Notes under the pieces: generated by a model
Told to the model about the DNA's origin: nothing
Database searches by the model: none
What the model saw: the letters and a program-made list of their open reading frames with translations, nothing else
In this document: positions 7,983-11,631 of the stretch, one piece after another
Layout of the letters: each line of letters starts with the position of its first letter
Position numbering within the stretch: position 1 is the first letter of the stretch
DNA from: an uncultured Pseudomonadota bacterium
Lineage (GTDB): Bacteria; Myxococcota_A; Polyangia; Fen-1088
Direction: 5' to 3'
DNA: 11,631 nucleotides
Assembly (NCBI GenBank): GCA_963847705.1
Contig: CAWKBC010000022.1
Span: 1 to 11,631 of the forward strand
Program-made: the position numbers and the translations under genes

Positions 7983-8401
7983 TCGGGCGCCTTCTGGTCT
8001 CTGGCGGCCGCCCCGGCGGAATCCTCGGTACCCGCGCCCGGCTCCTCGTTCTGTGTCTTCGGAACGTAGGTGGCCGCGGCGCTCTCCTTGGCCATCCGCT
8101 CCACGGTGATGGCCCGCGCGCGGTTCGCCAAATCCTCCGCCTTGCGCCCGTACTCGATGGCGTCCTGGTATTCCGCGTGCGCTGCCTCTTCGCGCGCCTT
8201 GTGCAGATACTCCTCGGCAGCGGTGTACTCGTACGGGGCGTAGCGCTCTGCCGAGGCCAGCTTGGCCGCCGACACCGCGGACGCGGCCTTGTTGCCGACC
8301 TGGTTGATGTACTCGACGGGGCCACAGCCCCACAACGACACCAGGAGCGGCGCCAACATTAGAACCAATCTTCCCGTCGGAAGGGTGCGGACCCGGCGCA
8401 A
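7979..8401 (-). CDS. DUF4398-like small helical lipoprotein
   Basis: Lipobox LWGC, then AVSAAKLASAERYAPYEYTAAEEYLHKAREE...YQDAIEYGRKA, typical of DUF4398 proteins encoded before OmpA genes. Start is TTG 8401 (gives a basic n-region) or ATG 8359. The track start at 8578 lies upstream of the predicted promoter. Confidence 0.85.
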   Translation of the reverse strand: MRRVRTLPTGRLVLMLAPLLVSLWGCGPVEYINQVGNKAASAVSAAKLASAERYAPYEYTAAEEYLHKAREEAAHAEYQDAIEYGRKAEDLANRARAITVERMAKESAAATYVPKTQNEEPGAGTEDSAGAAARDQKAPE

Positions 8402-8410
8402 TTCGGCCCG

Positions 8411-8439
8411 ACGGTAGCAACTGCCGCGCGCCCGGTCAA
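8411..8439 (-). promoter_or_regulatory. Sigma70-type promoter TTGACC-17bp-TACCGT with extended -10 (TGn), driving the envelope operon
   Basis: The minus strand reads TTGACC gggcgcgcggcagttgc TACCGT; -35 at 8439-8434, -10 at 8416-8411. Confidence 0.6.
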
Positions 8440-8457
8440 TCGCGCGAACGGAGGGCG

Positions 8458-8480
8458 CGGGAACGGCCCCAGGGTTCCCG
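8458..8480. promoter_or_regulatory. Inverted repeat CGGGAAC-N9-GTTCCCG, candidate operator between divergent genes
   Basis: Same GGAAC-N9-GTTCC geometry as 2637-2655. Followed by a -10-like TAGAAT at 8483-8488 on the + strand. Confidence 0.4.
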
Positions 8481-8579
8481 ATTAGAATTCTCCGCACGTC
8501 TTGCGCGGGGAGTTTATCCGCGATATGAGCGAAGCCTGCATTTTTCCTGGACGCGAACGACCCCCACGGAGGTATCACG

Positions 8580-8834
8580 GTGAAACAACTGATCGCCTAT
8601 CTTTTAGATCACGCGATAATCGATTTCTCAGGCGATCTCACCCTGGACATGGTGCGGGATTTCTTGCGTGAAGACGATAGCCCCGAAGGACGGAAGCTGC
8701 TCGGCAAGCTGGTCGAGGACCGGGGCGTCGACGACATGGTCGTCACCCTCGCCGACTGCCTGCAGGACTACCTCCGCACCGGCATCACGGACGACGTCGT
8801 CCGCGAGCAGATCCGCCTTTACAGCGAGAGTTAG
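8580..8834 (+). CDS. Small acidic helical protein of unknown function (84 aa)
   Basis: Strong SD GGAGGT (8568-8573) 6 nt before GTG 8580. Composition is protein-like (MKQLIAYLLDHAIIDFSGDLTLDMVRDFLREDDS...VVREQIRLYSES), unlike the GC-rich shadow ORFs. Confidence 0.85.
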   Translation: MKQLIAYLLDHAIIDFSGDLTLDMVRDFLREDDSPEGRKLLGKLVEDRGVDDMVVTLADCLQDYLRTGITDDVVREQIRLYSES

Positions 8835-8835
8835 C

Positions 8836-9642
8836 CGCAAGTTCGGGGACCCTGAGCGGGTCCCCGCGGCGACGTTTTTCCTGTTCGCCCTGCTGGCTGC
8901 CGCGGGGTGCAACAGCTACCCGACCGACGCCACCCCTTATCCGGGGCTCTGCCCGAAGATGTATGTGGCCAACTGGTCGCCGGCGGAGGGGGCGCTGGAC
9001 GTGCCGGTCGACGCGACCATCAAGGTCACCTTCTCCGACTACCCCGACCCCGACACGGTCGGCGAGCCCAGCATGCTGCTGACGACCGGGGTCTTCCGTC
9101 TCCCCGAGACCTACCGGGTCGACCTCGCCGACAAGGCGGTGGTGATGACGCCCAACGGGGTTCTGGACACCGATCTCGGCTACACCGTGACGGTCATGCA
9201 GAACGTCGCCTCGCTGGCCGGCTGCTCCGGCCCGACCACGGGGATAGAGTTCACCACCGGGGAGCACGCCTCCAACCTGCTGCCCCCGCCCGCCCCGTCG
9301 TTGGCCAGCGTGCAGGCCATCTTCAACGCCAGCTGCGCCAGCGGCTGCCACCTCGATCCTTCCGGGGGCTGCCTGGCCGCCCCGTTCGGCGGCCTCTCGC
9401 TCTGCGCCGCCCAGGCGCGCGACTCCCTGGTCGAGGTCCCCTCTCGCGAGGTGAGCTCCCTCGCTCTGGTGGCGCCACTTGACTCGGCGCGTAGCTATCT
9501 CCTCCGCAAGCTGCTGCCGGCCACCGCGGGCGGCGGGCCGATCCCCGGAACGCTCGGAGAGCGGGAACCTCCCGGGCCACCGCTGCCCGCCGACCAACTT
9601 CTGACCATCGCAGCCTGGATCGACGGTGGCGCCCTCCCTTAA
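8836..9642 (+). CDS. Probable lipoprotein: Ig-like (Big_5/SbsA-type) domain plus c-type-cytochrome-like domain (CX3CH); 5' end undefined
   Basis: FFLFALLAAAGC lipobox (Cys 8908). WSPAEGALDVPVDATIKVTFS...YTVTV...IEFTTG is Ig-like. VQAIFNASCASGCH...SYLLRKL...IAAWIDGGA is cytochrome-like. In-frame canonical starts occur only at GTG 8668 and ATG 8959; the start given here is a placeholder just after the upstream stop. Confidence 0.75.
   Translation, partial: RKFGDPERVPAATFFLFALLAAAGCNSYPTDATPYPGLCPKMYVANWSPAEGALDVPVDATIKVTFSDYPDPDTVGEPSMLLTTGVFRLPETYRVDLADKAVVMTPNGVLDTDLGYTVTVMQNVASLAGCSGPTTGIEFTTGEHASNLLPPPAPSLASVQAIFNASCASGCHLDPSGGCLAAPFGGLSLCAAQARDSLVEVPSREVSSLALVAPLDSARSYLLRKLLPATAGGGPIPGTLGEREPPGPPLPADQLLTIAAWIDGGALP
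8844..8879 (+). terminator. Hairpin CGGGGACCC-tgagc-GGGTCCCCG with a downstream T5 run; possible terminator or REP-like palindrome
   Basis: Perfect 9-bp stem (8844-8866) 9 nt after TAG 8834. The T run (8875-8879) is 8 nt from the stem, which is not canonical. Confidence 0.4.
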
Positions 9643-9721
9643 GATCGGCGAACGTAAAGGGGACCACCTGCGGGCCCGGGGGTTTAACGTCCCGCGCCGA
9701 AACCGTCGATGAGAGCCGCCG

Positions 9722-11392
9722 ATGTCCACCCGTGAGCCCGTCCAACCCCAGCTGAAGCCTGGGGTTGCGGCGACGACCATGTTTGGTCGTTACAAGTTGC
9801 TCGGGCGGATCGGCGAAGGGGGCATGGCCGAGGTCTTCCGCGCGCTCATGACCGGCCCGGAGGGGTTCGAGCGCGAGCTGGTCCTGAAGCGGATCCTCCC
9901 CCGCCTGTCCCAGACGGGCGACTTCAAGACCATGTTCATCCGGGAGGCGAAGATCTCGGCGCTGCTCCTGCACCCGAACATCGTGCAGATCTACGAGTTC
10001 GGCGAGGCGGAGGGGGCCTACTTCATCGCCATGGAGAACGTACAGGGGGTGACCCTGCGCGAGGCGCTCACCACGCTCCGCCGCGAGCAGCGCGCGATGC
10101 CCTACCTGGTCGCCGCCGACATCGCCCGGCAGATCTGCATCGGGCTCGACTACGCCCACACGCTGCACGGACCCGACGGCAAGGCGCTGGAGATCGTCCA
10201 CCAGGACATCTCGCCCACCAACATCATGCTCGCCTACACCGGCACGGTGAAGATCCTCGACTTCGGGATCGCGCGCGCCGCCTCGTTCGCCGAGGAGGAG
10301 GCCAAAAAGGGGCTCATCAAGGGGAAGGTGAGCTATCTGTCGCCCGAGCAGATCCACGTGCGGCCGTTTGATTCCCGCGCCGACGTGTTCGCGCTGGGGG
10401 TCGTGTTTCACGAGATGCTGACCGGGCGGCGGCTGTTCCAGGCGAAGAACGACATCGGCAAGATGCGGCAGCTGCTGGCGGCGCCGATCGCGCCGCCGTC
10501 CTCGCTGAACGCGACCATCCCGCGCGAGCTCGATCGGATCGTGATGCGCGCGCTGTCGATCGACGTCAACCAGCGGTTTCAGTCGGTCGCCGACATGGCG
10601 AGCGACCTCGAGCGCACGCTGATCGCCGCCCGCTACTCCAGCCGGGAGCTGTCGAAGCTGCTGCACGGGCTGTTTCTCCCCGACGAGGATCCGGTCGTGG
10701 TGGTCGACACCGACGACCACCGGACGTTGGCCATGACCGGGGGGACGACCGGCAGCTCGTCCGGCAACAGCGGGGTGGGGGGCAGCGGGCCGACGGCGAC
10801 CGGGACGTCGGGCGCGCGCACCCCGAGCCTGCGCGCGACGTCGCCCTCGATGTCGACGTCGACGTCGACGTCGTTGTCGGCGTCGCACACCACGCCGGGC
10901 TCGCCCGGAGCGCGCCCGACCCAATCAGGCAGGCGCCCCACTTCACCCTCCGACGCCCTCACCAATCCGCTCCCGCCCATCCCCGAGGCATCCGAGCTGC
11001 TTCCATCCGACTCGGGCGCGCAGCGCCTCGAACGGGTGGTGCAGGCGGAGCGGGGCCGCCTGGCCCGCAAGCGGATGCGGGGCAAGCTCCGGGTTTTCGC
11101 GGTGATCGCCGGCATCTGCGTCGGCCTGGCCGTCGTCGCGGGCGCCGGCCTCTGGGCCTGGCGCCGGTACGAATCGGTGCTGTTCCCTCCGCCCCCCCCT
11201 CCGCCCAAGCCCCCCGCGGCGGCTCCGCTTCCGGCCCCGACCGCGCCCGAGACGGCGGCCAAGCCGAAGAAGCCCCGACCTCCGCACCACAAGGGTTCGC
11301 ACGCGACCTCGCCCTCCGCCGACACCCCGTCCGGCCCAACGGCGCCCAGCAACGAGCCGCTCGCCCCCTCGGACGACCAGCAAAAACCGTAG
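9722..11392 (+). CDS. Membrane-anchored Hanks-type Ser/Thr protein kinase (556 aa)
   Basis: Motifs IGEGGMAEVFRA, LVLKRI, MFIREAKI, HPNIVQIYE, HQDISPTN, VKILDFGIA, KGKVSYLSPEQ, DVFALG. Ser/Thr/Gly/Pro linker, TM helix at ~11093-11161 after a basic stretch, short Pro-rich tail. Confidence 0.95.
   Translation: MSTREPVQPQLKPGVAATTMFGRYKLLGRIGEGGMAEVFRALMTGPEGFERELVLKRILPRLSQTGDFKTMFIREAKISALLLHPNIVQIYEFGEAEGAYFIAMENVQGVTLREALTTLRREQRAMPYLVAADIARQICIGLDYAHTLHGPDGKALEIVHQDISPTNIMLAYTGTVKILDFGIARAASFAEEEAKKGLIKGKVSYLSPEQIHVRPFDSRADVFALGVVFHEMLTGRRLFQAKNDIGKMRQLLAAPIAPPSSLNATIPRELDRIVMRALSIDVNQRFQSVADMASDLERTLIAARYSSRELSKLLHGLFLPDEDPVVVVDTDDHRTLAMTGGTTGSSSGNSGVGGSGPTATGTSGARTPSLRATSPSMSTSTSTSLSASHTTPGSPGARPTQSGRRPTSPSDALTNPLPPIPEASELLPSDSGAQRLERVVQAERGRLARKRMRGKLRVFAVIAGICVGLAVVAGAGLWAWRRYESVLFPPPPPPPKPPAAAPLPAPTAPETAAKPKKPRPPHHKGSHATSPSADTPSGPTAPSNEPLAPSDDQQKP
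10847..10882. repeat. Hexamer tandem repeat (TCGACG)3 with degenerate flanks, encoding SMSTSTSTSLSA in the kinase linker
   Basis: tcgatg tcgacg tcgacg tcgacg tcgttg tcggcg, read directly. Confidence 0.6.
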
Positions 11393-11404
11393 CCTCTTCC
11401 AGGA

Positions 11405-11481
11405 TGCGAGCGATGCCCGGCTCGGCCGGGCGCAGCGAGGGGGGCCCGGGGGAGTGCGAGCGGCAGCGAGCCACTCCCCGG
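11405..11481. repeat. Double-hairpin REP-like element between convergent genes; may act as a terminator or mRNA stabiliser
   Basis: GCCCGGC-tcg-GCCGGGC (11415-11431). GGGGAGTG (11449-11456) pairs with CACTCCCC (11472-11479). Internal repeats of tGCGAGCG and GCAGCGAG. No U-tract. Confidence 0.5.
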
Positions 11482-11487
11482 TCAGAA

Positions 11488-11631
11488 TCAACCGAGCCGG
11501 CGAAGCGCGAGAATCGATCTTCTCGATCGCCGCCTCGAGCTCCGCCAGCCGGGCGCGATCCTTTTCCAGGACCTCGGCCGGCGCGCGACCGAGGAAGTTC
11601 GGATCGTCGAGCTTCTTTCTCAGGTGGTCGC
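11488..11631 (-). CDS. valS: Valyl-tRNA synthetase, 3' end (C-terminal coiled-coil arm), with an apparent 1-nt insertion about 7 codons before the stop
   Basis: The minus frame from 11629 reads DHLRKKLDDPNFLGRAPAEVLEKDRARLAELEAAIEKID, matching the ValRS C-terminal KKLxNxxFxxKAPxxVVxxE pattern. Removing one base at ~11512 gives ...KID(L/S)ALRRLG-TGA ending at 11488. Confidence 0.88.

Noticed and set aside
8415-8435. Sigma54 promoter suggested by TTGCT on the minus strand
   Set aside because: No GG at the required 10-nt spacing from the GC; a sigma70 -35/-10 with 17-bp spacing fits better.
7983-8578. N-terminal extensions of track ORFs 6897..8420 and 7979..8578
   Set aside because: Lipoboxes, the GTGA overlap and the promoter at 8411-8439 place the starts at 7982 and 8401/8359.
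8785-11491. Minus-strand ORFs 8785..9780, 9323..10924, 10633..11352 and 10943..11491 as independent genes
   Set aside because: Antisense shadows of the lipoprotein and kinase; 10943..11491 is only the run-on of frameshifted valS.
1-11631. tRNA, rRNA, transposase, integrase or phage genes
   Set aside because: No such motifs seen; nearly the whole window is accounted for by the listed CDSs and short spacers.

Overview
Very GC-rich bacterial DNA whose gene content points to Myxococcota (inference). Left end, minus strand: two uncharacterised genes (2626->1114, split by a 1-nt frameshift near 2230-2242, and 1072->off the window). From memory they resemble the X7/X6 components of FtsH/vWA ternary conflict systems; this needs an HMM check. 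They lie head-to-head with a translationally coupled FHA protein and Ser/Thr kinase pair, whose kinase lacks the alphaC Glu. Middle, minus strand: an envelope operon (DUF4398-like lipoprotein, TSP3-repeat OmpA lipoprotein, exported helical/Ig-like/beta-barrel protein) behind a good sigma70-type promoter. Right, plus strand: an 84-aa acidic protein, an Ig-like + CX3CH cytochrome-c-like lipoprotein with no nearby start codon, and a membrane Ser/Thr kinase. The window ends with the 3' end of valS on the minus strand. Two independent +1 frameshifts both fall on the same 7-mer, AGAATCG. A GGRAC-N9-GTYCC palindrome occurs in three intergenic or gene-junction regions.
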